From Euryarchaeota archaeon UBA596 (GTDB taxonomy: Archaea > Thermoplasmatota > Poseidoniia > Poseidoniales > Poseidoniaceae): a stretch of 32,874 nt of DNA. The notes beneath the pieces are model-generated. The model was not told the origin of the DNA. It did no database searches and worked only from the letters and a program-made list of their open reading frames with translations. Numbering within the stretch: the first letter of the stretch is position 1; each line of letters begins with the position of its first letter. Positions 8,260 to 16,980 of this stretch are shown here, in pieces. Position numbers and translations under genes: made by a program. The stretch covers positions 1 through 32,874 of the forward strand of contig DAGQ01000015.1 in the NCBI GenBank assembly GCA_002498205.1. The letters run 5' to 3'.

Positions 8260-11200
8260 TCAAATCTCGAAATTCTCAAATTCATTATTTAATTCGTTTA
8301 AAGGATCTTCTTCTTCTTCCTCAGAACTAATATTTCTGCGTTCCCAAGCATGATCTAATTTTGCTAATTCAGCATCAATTGCAATACGATTATCTTCCTC
8401 AATAATATCATCTTCATTATTATTTTCTTCATTAACTTCCTTAGAAGTGATGATTTCCATAGAAGTCCAGCCATCTTCGTCATTTACTGTCTCATTGCTA
8501 ACTTCAACACTTTCAGAATTACTAGCATTATGTGGATTTAATTCACGTATAATTTCCTCAGATACGGAAGGCCTTTCCGATTCTAATTTAATATCTTCAT
8601 GAGGCAGTAGGCCATTTTCTTGAAACCTCCATAGTGATGTTGGTTTTTTAGAACTAAATGTAAGGCCTGTTTCATCTAGTTGTTTCATTGCTTCATCTAA
8701 TGAATTTGCAGTTTTCTCCATAACTACTGCCACACCAGCATCTCCTTGATCAGCTTCTAAGAATATTGAATCTAGTGCAGATTGAATCGTTTCACGTAAA
8801 TTATTTGCTATATGGGGTAATGCTTCAGGCCTATTACATAATGCTTCAAGCCTATATAGAGTTTCTTTTGGAACTCCCAATTCTTCAAGTTGTGTAATCA
8901 TTTGTCTCATTTTTCTCAATAATGTTGTTGATCTTTCAAATTCATCTAGCAATCCTTCTAAATCTAAAACAACTAATTGAACAATTTCTTTTAATTTACT
9001 TTCAAGGCGTTGACGTACAGACCAATTAGTCAATCCTCTAATTGTACTAGCAGTTTCTGGAGTTTGTGATTGTAATAAATCCATAACTTCTGATGATAAT
9101 AAGTATCTGGGGGTTTTTGCAACATTATCTACATTATGTTGAATAATTGTTAAACCTCTTTCTATGGCTCTATCCATCAAAGTTAAACTATATCCAAGCT
9201 CTCTCATCCGATCTAACCTTTGCATTATTGGTGCAAGAGACGAGAAACCATGATCTTGACCTAACAATGCCTGAGCTAATGGTTCATCACGTAATTTTGC
9301 TCTAATTACATTTGCTTCATCAATATCAGATAATGCTGCATCATGTGCATCCTTCAAAGATTCAGCAGTTGAAATCAAATTATTTACTTCAGTTTCAGCC
9401 TCTGATCGTCTTCCACTTAAATCACCTAATTCTCTCATTAATCTACGCCTTTCTTCATGTAATTCTTTTACTTCAGCGTGTAAATGTCCTAATCTTCTTT
9501 CGGAATCTAAGAAATAAGATCTTTCTTCTTCCATTAATTTTCTATGGGATGCAGCTTCTGCATCTAAATCTTCTAATTCTTTATTTTGACTTTCTATTCT
9601 ACGTTCTAATTCATTTGAAATTGCAGTAGCTTGGCGATGTCTTTCTCTTTGTGATTCAAGTTGGTCAGCGACCATTCTATGTCTCCTGTCATCAGCATCA
9701 ATAGATGCTCTTAGTTGTCTTAATCTAATATCTCCCGCTTCAACTTCTGATTTTAATCTAATTTCCTGTTCTGAAAGTTCACTTACCATTCTTTGTAATT
9801 TCTCGCGACTTTCAGATTCACCTACAGCTTGAGCTAATTCTTCAATTCTATGTTCTACCTGATTTTCTAATTCTTTAATTCTATGAGTGAGACTCTCATT
9901 ACGACTTAATGCTAATTCTTGACCATTAGTAGACTCTCTTAAATCCACTTTTAATTGTGAAATTTGATCAACATTATCAGTATTTAATTTTTGCATCTCT
10001 GAGATTCTTGCCCTCATTCCATCTACTTCAACTTTAGAAGATTCATATGATGCTTTAACATTATCACGTTGTCTTTCCATTTTAGCGACTTCTTTAATTA
10101 ATCGTGCTTGTTCTTGTTTTATTTTATCAAACTCTTTAGAATCAATTACAGAAGTAGGCATTAACATTGTTCCACTTTGTGCTTTTGGAAGTAATTTCGC
10201 TCCAGTAGATTTATTCTCTTTCAACGTCCATTCTCCAAGATCTTTTGATAAGTCTTCAATTCCAATTGCAAAACCAAACATTTTCATTAATCTTTTATTT
10301 ATTTGTTTTTCTCTATCTTTTGATCTAGTTCTTGATTTAGCAATATTGTCACAAAATGAATTCAAAGTAAACTTTTTAGTAGTATTCAAATGTTCTTTTA
10401 ATCTTTCAATTTTTGGTAGAGAATATAGTGTTAATTTTGCTTTGGGTGCCGTTGAACTGTAAGCAACATCCTTCATTGATAGTGGTTTAATGGAACGCGC
10501 ACCTACAGGAATCCCTTCACTAATTAAAATATCTAAAACATCTTTTTCATTTTCAACTCTGATATAACCACTTATTGATTCAGAATTTCCTCTTGACAAC
10601 ATTGAAAGTAAATTGTCTAAACCACCTTTACGTTCAAGTGTATTAAGTCCTTCTTCAAGCATACTTCCATCATCATCAGCAATATTTGACATGGGCATTG
10701 AATTTAACTTTGCCATTGAATCAATTAGTATTGCATCATGGTCTGCGCCTTCTGAAACCCATGCTACAATATCTAAATCATCAACTCTCATCATTAAAAG
10801 TGAACCATCTTGCATATGTATTGTAACTCTATTTAATGTAGGTAATTCTAATTTATTTACTACTTTTGATGAACGATCTAATTCAGATTTGATTGTGCTT
10901 GCTAAATTTTCAACATCTACAGGCAATTCTCCTTTTGAATGAATAGTCATGCCTTTTTGAGAAGCTAGTGCCCCTATTACAGATGATCTTTCTGTAAGTG
11001 TGTCTACGAATGAACTTGCTTGTAATGAATCAAATCCACTAGAGAATGAGTGTTTTGCTGTAATTCCAGTTAAGGACGAAATATCATAGAATGCTGCGGG
11101 AACTAATAGCGCAACCTCAGCGAATTCTTTTTGTGACCAAGTAGATCTTACAGTTCTTAATTTATTCTTATTACTTACTTTTTTAAGTTCGTCTATGGCC

Positions 11201-11415
11201 TCTTTAGCACCAATATAATTTTTCTTTTTACCGGTTTTTGCTAAACATCCTACGATTTCTTTTCCTGCTATTAATCTATAACCACATGGAGTTTTAGTTT
11301 TTGGTAAATAATAACTAATTACTCCATAATCAATATCACTACTATTGATTTCTAAATCAGGAGACTCACTCTTTTTTTCTTCACTTCCTAACGGTAAATT
11401 AAACATTTTTATCAC
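8260..11415 (-). CDS. 1051-aa multidomain protein: Roadblock/LC7-like domain, PATAN/DUF4388-like segment, roughly 290-aa coiled coil, helical C-terminal region and acidic tail
   Basis: Residues about 140-240 (SSVIGALASQKGMTIHSKGELPVDVENLASTIK...LNRVTIHMQDGSLLMMRVDDLDIVAWVSEGADHDAIL) fit the Roadblock/LC7 pattern. Residues about 262-310 (GGLDNLLSMLSRGNSESISGYIRVENEKDVLDILISEGIPVGARS) resemble PATAN/DUF4388. Residues about 430-720 are charged heptad-like sequence rich in E/R/K/L/Q. The last 100 or so residues are very E/D/N-rich. No P-loop seen. SD AAGGTGAT lies 4 nt before the ATG. Confidence 0.85.
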   Translation of the reverse strand: MIKMFNLPLGSEEKKSESPDLEINSSDIDYGVISYYLPKTKTPCGYRLIAGKEIVGCLAKTGKKKNYIGAKEAIDELKKVSNKNKLRTVRSTWSQKEFAEVALLVPAAFYDISSLTGITAKHSFSSGFDSLQASSFVDTLTERSSVIGALASQKGMTIHSKGELPVDVENLASTIKSELDRSSKVVNKLELPTLNRVTIHMQDGSLLMMRVDDLDIVAWVSEGADHDAILIDSMAKLNSMPMSNIADDDGSMLEEGLNTLERKGGLDNLLSMLSRGNSESISGYIRVENEKDVLDILISEGIPVGARSIKPLSMKDVAYSSTAPKAKLTLYSLPKIERLKEHLNTTKKFTLNSFCDNIAKSRTRSKDREKQINKRLMKMFGFAIGIEDLSKDLGEWTLKENKSTGAKLLPKAQSGTMLMPTSVIDSKEFDKIKQEQARLIKEVAKMERQRDNVKASYESSKVEVDGMRARISEMQKLNTDNVDQISQLKVDLRESTNGQELALSRNESLTHRIKELENQVEHRIEELAQAVGESESREKLQRMVSELSEQEIRLKSEVEAGDIRLRQLRASIDADDRRHRMVADQLESQRERHRQATAISNELERRIESQNKELEDLDAEAASHRKLMEEERSYFLDSERRLGHLHAEVKELHEERRRLMRELGDLSGRRSEAETEVNNLISTAESLKDAHDAALSDIDEANVIRAKLRDEPLAQALLGQDHGFSSLAPIMQRLDRMRELGYSLTLMDRAIERGLTIIQHNVDNVAKTPRYLLSSEVMDLLQSQTPETASTIRGLTNWSVRQRLESKLKEIVQLVVLDLEGLLDEFERSTTLLRKMRQMITQLEELGVPKETLYRLEALCNRPEALPHIANNLRETIQSALDSIFLEADQGDAGVAVVMEKTANSLDEAMKQLDETGLTFSSKKPTSLWRFQENGLLPHEDIKLESERPSVSEEIIRELNPHNASNSESVEVSNETVNDEDGWTSMEIITSKEVNEENNNEDDIIEEDNRIAIDAELAKLDHAWERRNISSEEEEEDPLNELNNEFENFEI

Positions 11416-11416
11416 C

Positions 11417-11761
11417 TTATATTAACTGAGCAATTGCTTCTTTTTTTGTATCTAATTCATAACTTATTCTACCAAGATTAGGGTTTTCGTCAGTTAAAAT
11501 ACCAATATACTTCCTATCCGGTAATGCACACAAAAGGATAGTTCCATTTTTTGATTCAATCCAACATTGATTAGCATCACCCATGCCACATAATTTCGCA
11601 CTCATATCGATTGTTTGTAGCAGGGCACCAAAGTCCATAAATGAAACGTCTTGTCTTTTAGTACTATAAGTTTGCATCAATTCATTCCCAATATTATCGA
11701 TAATCGCTGCAAATCGAACACTTGGAATATTACAAAATGATGCTAATAATCGTTGTAACAT
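11417..11761 (-). CDS. Roadblock/LC7 (MglB-like) domain protein, 114 aa
   Basis: SVRFAAIIDNIGNELMQTYS...QCWIESKNGTILLCALPDRKYIGILTDENPNLGRISYEL fits the Roadblock/LC7 pattern (pgV.ga.l.d.dG..la ... v.ie...g.l.l..l.....l.vl.d...nlG.v). Its stop lies 1 nt from the start of the 1051-aa gene. Confidence 0.8.
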   Translation of the reverse strand: MLQRLLASFCNIPSVRFAAIIDNIGNELMQTYSTKRQDVSFMDFGALLQTIDMSAKLCGMGDANQCWIESKNGTILLCALPDRKYIGILTDENPNLGRISYELDTKKEAIAQLI

Positions 11762-11891
11762 ACGCCTCTAGATGCATCAGTGTGTAGCCTAGTTCAAGAT
11801 ATTTGGGGGTAATTTAACTCTCTAAATATCGTTTAGTCACTCTATTTTTTGTTACCGAAACATATTTTATCTTTTTTTGAATTTTTCAATT

Positions 11892-11944
11892 GGAAAATTA
11901 AAAATTAAATTGAATAATTATAACTAATATTAATTTAATTTTCC
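11892..11944. repeat. 11-bp inverted repeat GGAAAATTAAA ... TTTAATTTTCC in the 218-nt divergent intergenic region
   Basis: Arms at 11892-11902 and 11934-11944 flank 31 nt of pure A/T sequence. The low-complexity context reduces its statistical weight. Confidence 0.35.
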
Positions 11945-11979
11945 AAAGCAATCAAATCCAAACTATCTTAGCGTATATT

Positions 11980-12648
11980 ATGGACCCGAGAAAATCAGTC
12001 ACATTTGCTTACGATTCAATAGGGTCTGATTTTGGGAAAAAACGTACAAATACATGGGACTTTGTTGTAGAGTGGTTAAATAATTTGATCTCAAAAAATA
12101 CTCAAAAAGAACTAAAAATATTAATTGCAGGTTGTGGAAATGGAAGACATGTTAGATTAGCAGAAGAACTAGGATTCAAAGTATCTGCAATTGATATCTC
12201 ATCCAGTATGGTAAATGCGACAATTAAAGCTGAGAAAGAATGTGGTCGTTCCGGAGAAAATATTTTCAAATCAGATGTTTGTAATTTACAATTTATTGAT
12301 GACGAATTCGATGCTATAATGTGTATTGCAGTATTACATCATTTACCATCCGAATTAAATAAAATTGCTTTGAATGAATTTTCAAGAGTAATAAAAAAGA
12401 ACGGTGAGATATTAATCTCATGTTGGGATCCATCCGCACCCTCCGTAATTAATGGGATAATTGATTCTGAAAATGAAGATGTAGTGTGGGTTTCCTGGAC
12501 TTTACCAGATTCATCTAAGATTTCTAGATATTATCATTTACCTAACATTGAAATGAGGAGTAAAGTATGGAATAATATAGAGGGATTAAATTGTATTAAT
12601 TTTGAACTTAATAATTTCAATCAATTATTCTATTTTGTTAAAGTTTAG
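11980..12648 (+). CDS. Class I SAM-dependent methyltransferase, Trm9/ALKBH8-methyltransferase-like
   Basis: SAM motif I ILIAGCGNGRH. N-terminal YDSIGSDFGKKRTNTWDFVVEWL parallels the Trm9 YD.IA..FS.TR...W motif. Motif FDAIMCIAVLHHL, and a C-terminal ISRYYHL matching the Trm9 RYYH element. Confidence 0.8.
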   Translation: MDPRKSVTFAYDSIGSDFGKKRTNTWDFVVEWLNNLISKNTQKELKILIAGCGNGRHVRLAEELGFKVSAIDISSSMVNATIKAEKECGRSGENIFKSDVCNLQFIDDEFDAIMCIAVLHHLPSELNKIALNEFSRVIKKNGEILISCWDPSAPSVINGIIDSENEDVVWVSWTLPDSSKISRYYHLPNIEMRSKVWNNIEGLNCINFELNNFNQLFYFVKV

Positions 12649-12689
12649 TTTGTCCGATGAGTTGAAGGTTCAGATTCAATGCGAGTATT

Positions 12690-13697
12690 GTGTCGGCGAT
12701 TGAGATTTCACCATGTTCCCGTTGTCGAAAACCAGCGATTTTATTCCAAGAATACTCTGGACAACATTATTGTTCAAGTTGTCTAATAAGAAGTGTTAGA
12801 AAAAGAATTGGCAAAGAATTAAGAAAACAATTAATACTTCCAAAAGGTGGAAAAAAAGAAAAAACAACAATTATGGTTGCAGTTAGTGGAGGTAAGGATT
12901 CTGCGGTTCTTTTGGAGACTTTACACCATTTTTTGAAAGATAGACAAGATGTCACGTTAATTGCGGGTTGTGTAAATGAAGGTATTGAGGGTTATAGACA
13001 ACCTTCAATGGAATGTGCTGAAGAGTTAGCCAATAAACTCGGAATCGAATTTAAGTCTTTGAGTTATAAATCGTTAGGCTTTGATGATATGGACAATGTT
13101 GTAAAAATAATCCCTAAAGTTAGTGAAAAACATGATGAAGTTCGGGGAATGTCACCTTGTTCTTTTTGCGGTGTTTTTAGAAGGCAAGGGATTAACAAAT
13201 TAGCTTCAGAAATTAATGCTGATTATGTTGCTTTTGGACATAATTTAGATGATATGGCACAGACAGTTTTAATGAATTTACAAAAAGGAGATTTAGAACG
13301 AACAATACGTCTAGCACCACATACCTGGGCACCAATTAAAGGAATGGCTCCTAGAATTGTTCCAATAAGATGGATCCCAGAACAAGAAGTTCAAGCTTAT
13401 GCCATGACATTAGATTTACCATTCCATGATGATGAATGTCCACACTCTCATCAAGCATTAAGAATTTTACATAGAGATATTGTTGCTAAGATGGAAGATG
13501 CAGTTCCAGGAACGCGTCATGGTTTAGTACATTCATCAGATTCAATAAAGGAAATGTTTGTAAAAAATAATACTAATGGACAGGTCTCTGATTTTAGCAA
13601 TAAAAGCGCAAATAATTGTAAAATTTGTGGAGAAATCACAAGTCAAGAAATTTGTAAAGCATGTATTATGAAAAAATGGATAATCGATGAATCATAA
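12690..13697 (+). CDS. PP-loop ATPase, tRNA 2-thiouridine synthase of the Ncs6/Ctu1/NcsA-TtuA family
   Basis: PP-loop VAVSGGKDSAVLL. N-terminal zinc finger CSRC...CSSC, central CSFCGVFRR cluster-ligand motif, and C-terminal zinc finger CKICGEITSQEICKAC. GTG start. Confidence 0.88.
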   Translation: MSAIEISPCSRCRKPAILFQEYSGQHYCSSCLIRSVRKRIGKELRKQLILPKGGKKEKTTIMVAVSGGKDSAVLLETLHHFLKDRQDVTLIAGCVNEGIEGYRQPSMECAEELANKLGIEFKSLSYKSLGFDDMDNVVKIIPKVSEKHDEVRGMSPCSFCGVFRRQGINKLASEINADYVAFGHNLDDMAQTVLMNLQKGDLERTIRLAPHTWAPIKGMAPRIVPIRWIPEQEVQAYAMTLDLPFHDDECPHSHQALRILHRDIVAKMEDAVPGTRHGLVHSSDSIKEMFVKNNTNGQVSDFSNKSANNCKICGEITSQEICKACIMKKWIIDES

Positions 13698-14462
13698 TTT
13701 TAAATCAATTATTACAGGTGCATGATCACTAACTATTAGTCCCCCTTCTCGATTGATTTCTGCATTAATTACTAGCTTCGCTGCTGCCTTATTTGCTAAA
13801 AAATAATCTATTCTCCATCCTCTATCGAGAATTCTCGCTCTCCCTCTATTTGACCACCAAGAGTATGGTCCTTTTACATCACCAAATTCCCTTCTACAAA
13901 CATCAACCCACCCATTTTCAAGTATCCTATCGAACCATTCTCTTTCATTAGGTAAAAACCCAGAAGTCATTTTATTTCCAGAAGGATTCCAAATATCATT
14001 TTCCGTATGTGCAATATTTAAATCACCAGCAATAATTACAGGTGAATCTAGATTAACGTATTCATTTAGCCAAATTAAATATTTATCCATCCATTCTTCT
14101 TTGAATGCTTGTCTTTCAATTTTTGAACTCCCACTAGGTAGATATGTATTAATTAATGTCAAATTTCCATGTTTGGTAATTAATATTCTTCCTTCATCAT
14201 CATTTTCATTATTTTTTCCTTTACCAATAATTGTGAAATCTTGATTTGATAGTGTAGCAACTCCAGAATAACCTTTCCTTATTGCAGGATGCCAAGCATA
14301 ATTCATTTCAAGCGGAGGAACCCAATCTTTTGGAAGTTGTTCTTCTAAACAACGAATTTCTTGTAACATTAAGATATCAGGCTTTAAATTATTAATGAAT
14401 TCATCTAAACCTTTGCGTATGGCGGCTCTAATCCCATTTACATTCCAAGAAATTAAACGCAT
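13692..14462 (-). CDS. xth: Exodeoxyribonuclease III (AP endonuclease)
   Basis: MRLISWNVNGIRAA... ILMLQEIR ... IIAGDLNIAH ... SDHAPVIIDL: the canonical ExoIII/EEP motifs over the full length. Confidence 0.95.
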   Translation of the reverse strand: MRLISWNVNGIRAAIRKGLDEFINNLKPDILMLQEIRCLEEQLPKDWVPPLEMNYAWHPAIRKGYSGVATLSNQDFTIIGKGKNNENDDEGRILITKHGNLTLINTYLPSGSSKIERQAFKEEWMDKYLIWLNEYVNLDSPVIIAGDLNIAHTENDIWNPSGNKMTSGFLPNEREWFDRILENGWVDVCRREFGDVKGPYSWWSNRGRARILDRGWRIDYFLANKAAAKLVINAEINREGGLIVSDHAPVIIDLKL

Positions 14463-14466
14463 TTTC

Positions 14467-14946
14467 TCACAGCAAATTATTTACTAATCTATCTAAATTT
14501 TGAATTCTTCCACAATAATGGCATTGTAGAGTCATTGGTGACGTTTTTAACACTTTTAGGCGATGTGGCAAAGGCTCTCTTTCAGCATTACTAATACAAT
14601 TCGAATAAATACAATGTGCAACATTTATCATTTCATCACCGATTTGAATTGATAATTTTTCTGCAACAGAATAATTCCGAATAATAGATACAGAAGCCAT
14701 AGGGGCAATTAATGCTAATCGATCAAGTTCTTCTTGAGTTAATTCTCTATCTTCGATTTTCAATATGTCTTTTGTTCCAAGTTTTCTAGATGGAACATTC
14801 ATCACTAAAGAAATTGGATTTGAATGTCTTCCATCTACATTGAAAATTTGTAATGCCTGTAACACCATTCCACCAGGTATATGATCAATTACAGTACCAT
14901 TTCGAATTGCGGTAACCCTTCTCATTGATTGTTCATCTGCAGTCAT
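14467..14946 (-). CDS. pyrI: Aspartate carbamoyltransferase regulatory chain
   Basis: VTAIRNGTVIDHIP allosteric-domain motif and a C-terminal Zn domain with four Cys (CIYSNC...CHYCGR). Its start overlaps the pyrB stop (ATGA at 14943-14946). Confidence 0.93.
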   Translation of the reverse strand: MTADEQSMRRVTAIRNGTVIDHIPGGMVLQALQIFNVDGRHSNPISLVMNVPSRKLGTKDILKIEDRELTQEELDRLALIAPMASVSIIRNYSVAEKLSIQIGDEMINVAHCIYSNCISNAEREPLPHRLKVLKTSPMTLQCHYCGRIQNLDRLVNNLL

Positions 14947-15887
14947 TAATTTCCACCCCCGATATTTTCTGGAATTGGGACATTTAACATATCACAAAGT
15001 AACGCCATTCTAGTTACTACTCCATTAAACGCTTGTTCAAAATATGCTGCATGTCTTGTAGAATCAACATCAGGATTAATTTCATCTACACGAGGAAGGG
15101 GGTGCATTACAATCATATCCTTTTTTACTGAAGCTAAATCATTTGCAACTAATTTGTATATTCCAGCAACTCTAAAATATTCATCATCATCAGGGAATCT
15201 TTCTTTTTGAATCCTAGTCATATATACTACATCAGCATCTTTTAATTGTGGCTTCAAATCCTCTGTAATTGTCAATTCACCACCTTGTTCCTTTAATTCA
15301 TTAACAATTTCTTCAGGTAAACGCAGACTTTCTGGACTAACTAATGTTAGTTTGCATCCAAATCTAACCAAAGCGTATGAAAGTGAATGAACAGTTCTTC
15401 CAAATCGAAGATCACCAACTAATACTACGTTTAATTTTTCGATTTTTCCATGTGCTTGCTTGATTGTAAATAAATCTAGCATAGTCTGTGTTGGATGATG
15501 TCCAGCACCGTCACCTGCATTTGCAATTGGAACTTTTGCGCAATCAGAGGCGTATTGTGCAGCACCTTGGCGCGGATGTCTTAATGCAATAATATCTGAA
15601 TATCCATCAACCATACGAATAGTGTCGTGTAATGTTTCACCTTTTACAACAGATGAAGATGCTACAGCACCTAAATTAATTACATCTCCACCCAATCTTT
15701 TCATTGCAGTTTCAAATGACATTCTAGTTCTAGTAGATGGCTCAAAAAATAAATTTCCAAGAATCTTCCCTTTTAACAAAGGAAGGTGAAAGTTACCTTT
15801 TGCAACAGGTAATAATTTTTCAGCATCTAATAGAATTCTATGAATGTCATCATTAGTTAAATCGTTCATTGTTATCAGGGAATTCAT
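14946..15887 (-). CDS. pyrB: Aspartate carbamoyltransferase catalytic chain
   Basis: Carbamoyl-phosphate binding motif FFEPSTRTR, plus HPTQ and HPLPR motifs. Length is as expected (313 aa). Confidence 0.97.
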   Translation of the reverse strand: MNSLITMNDLTNDDIHRILLDAEKLLPVAKGNFHLPLLKGKILGNLFFEPSTRTRMSFETAMKRLGGDVINLGAVASSSVVKGETLHDTIRMVDGYSDIIALRHPRQGAAQYASDCAKVPIANAGDGAGHHPTQTMLDLFTIKQAHGKIEKLNVVLVGDLRFGRTVHSLSYALVRFGCKLTLVSPESLRLPEEIVNELKEQGGELTITEDLKPQLKDADVVYMTRIQKERFPDDDEYFRVAGIYKLVANDLASVKKDMIVMHPLPRVDEINPDVDSTRHAAYFEQAFNGVVTRMALLCDMLNVPIPENIGGGN

Positions 15888-16002
15888 GCTCTTCGACCTA
15901 ATCGTTTAGACGGCTATCAATAACCCTTCCCCTATCTTGAAAGGCAAAATAATTGAACTAATAGGGGTGTCTTTCTTGAATAAGAGCATCCTCCGCGCTC
16001 TA

Positions 16003-16968
16003 ATGATAGTGAGCCGAACGCCCCTAAGAGTTTCATTTTGTGGCGGTGGAACGGACTTAGAAGCATATTATTCCACATCAGATGACGGTGGTTGTGTTAC
16101 ATCTGTAGCTTTGAATAAATATGTATATGTGACCGTTAATTCAAGATTTGATGATTCAGTAAGAGTTTCATATTCTGAGATGGAAATTGTTGATGATTTT
16201 GAAAATTTAAATCATCAATTAGTTAAAGAAGCTATGAGGATGACTGGAGTTACTAAAGGGGTTGAAATTACAACAATTGCAGACATTCCTAGTAAGGGGA
16301 GTGGTTTAGGCTCGTCTTCTGCAGTAACAGTCGGATTATTACATGCATTACATTGTTTCGCGGGTAGAAAACCTACTTCTAGACAATTAGCAGAAGAAGC
16401 ATGTAAAATCGAAATAAATATATTAGGTCAAACTATTGGTAAACAAGATCAGTATGCAGTAGCATTTGGGGGTTGTAATCATATTATTTTTAATCAAGAT
16501 GGTACAGTAATTGTAGAAAATATATCTGATGAAATACAATTAAAAGGTAATTTTTCATTAATTTATACAGGCATTACAAGATTAGCAAATGAGATACTTA
16601 AAGATCAAAATAGTAAAACAAGTCAAAATCGAAATAATTTAGATTTATTAGTAGTTCAAGCAAAGAAGGCTAAGAAAATGATTGTTGAGGAAAATTTTTT
16701 GGGATTAGCCAAATTATTAGATGAAACTTGGGCTTGTAAAAAAGAATTAAGTCCCAGTATTTCTAATGATGAAATAGATTTAATGTTTCAAAAATTATTT
16801 GATTGCGGAACCCAAGGTGCTAAACTACTAGGTGCTGGAGGAGGAGGTTTCATCCTTTTTGATGGAAATAATGATGTATTAGAAAAAGTAAAGTCTGTAT
16901 TCCCACAAAATAAAATAATTCCTTTAGAGATTGATAATAGGGGTACTTGTATCCTTTATTCAGATTAG
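16003..16968 (+). CDS. GHMP-family sugar kinase (HddA / COG2605-like)
   Basis: GHMP motif II PSKGSGLGSSSAVTV. The N-terminus MIVSRTPLRVSFCGGGTDLEAYY is typical of the heptose-phosphate/sugar-1-kinase branch. C-terminal GAKLLGAGGGGF. I prefer ATG 16003 over the track's TTG 15937, because family N-termini begin at the M-I-x-S-R-T-P motif. Confidence 0.85.
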   Translation: MIVSRTPLRVSFCGGGTDLEAYYSTSDDGGCVTSVALNKYVYVTVNSRFDDSVRVSYSEMEIVDDFENLNHQLVKEAMRMTGVTKGVEITTIADIPSKGSGLGSSSAVTVGLLHALHCFAGRKPTSRQLAEEACKIEINILGQTIGKQDQYAVAFGGCNHIIFNQDGTVIVENISDEIQLKGNFSLIYTGITRLANEILKDQNSKTSQNRNNLDLLVVQAKKAKKMIVEENFLGLAKLLDETWACKKELSPSISNDEIDLMFQKLFDCGTQGAKLLGAGGGGFILFDGNNDVLEKVKSVFPQNKIIPLEIDNRGTCILYSD

Positions 16969-16980
16969 TTAGGTGATATC

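Noticed and set aside
8260-11415. The 1051-aa coiled-coil protein, considered as an SMC/Rad50/ATPase-type protein.
   Set aside because: No Walker A (GxxxxGK[ST]), Walker B or ABC signature motif anywhere in the translation. The N-terminus instead shows Roadblock-like and PATAN-like features.
11966-11972. A shared TTAGCG-like motif just upstream of three first-gene starts (3868-3873, 11966-11972, 30498-30510).
   Set aside because: Only three short, imperfect instances with different spacing to the start codon. I cannot separate this from chance without genome-wide counts.
13692-15887. The pyrB-pyrI-xth co-directional string with 0-4 nt gaps, considered as a functional operon linking pyrimidine synthesis to DNA repair.
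   Set aside because: In a genome this compact, adjacency of housekeeping genes is expected by chance. I know of no mechanistic link and have no conservation evidence.
15937-16002. The N-terminal extension of the GHMP kinase from TTG 15937 given in the track.
   Set aside because: The extra 22 residues (MKGKIIELIGVSFLNKSILRAL) have no counterpart in the family, whose members begin at the M-I-x-S-R-T-P motif encoded from ATG 16003. The extension would also consume most of the divergent pyrB promoter spacer.
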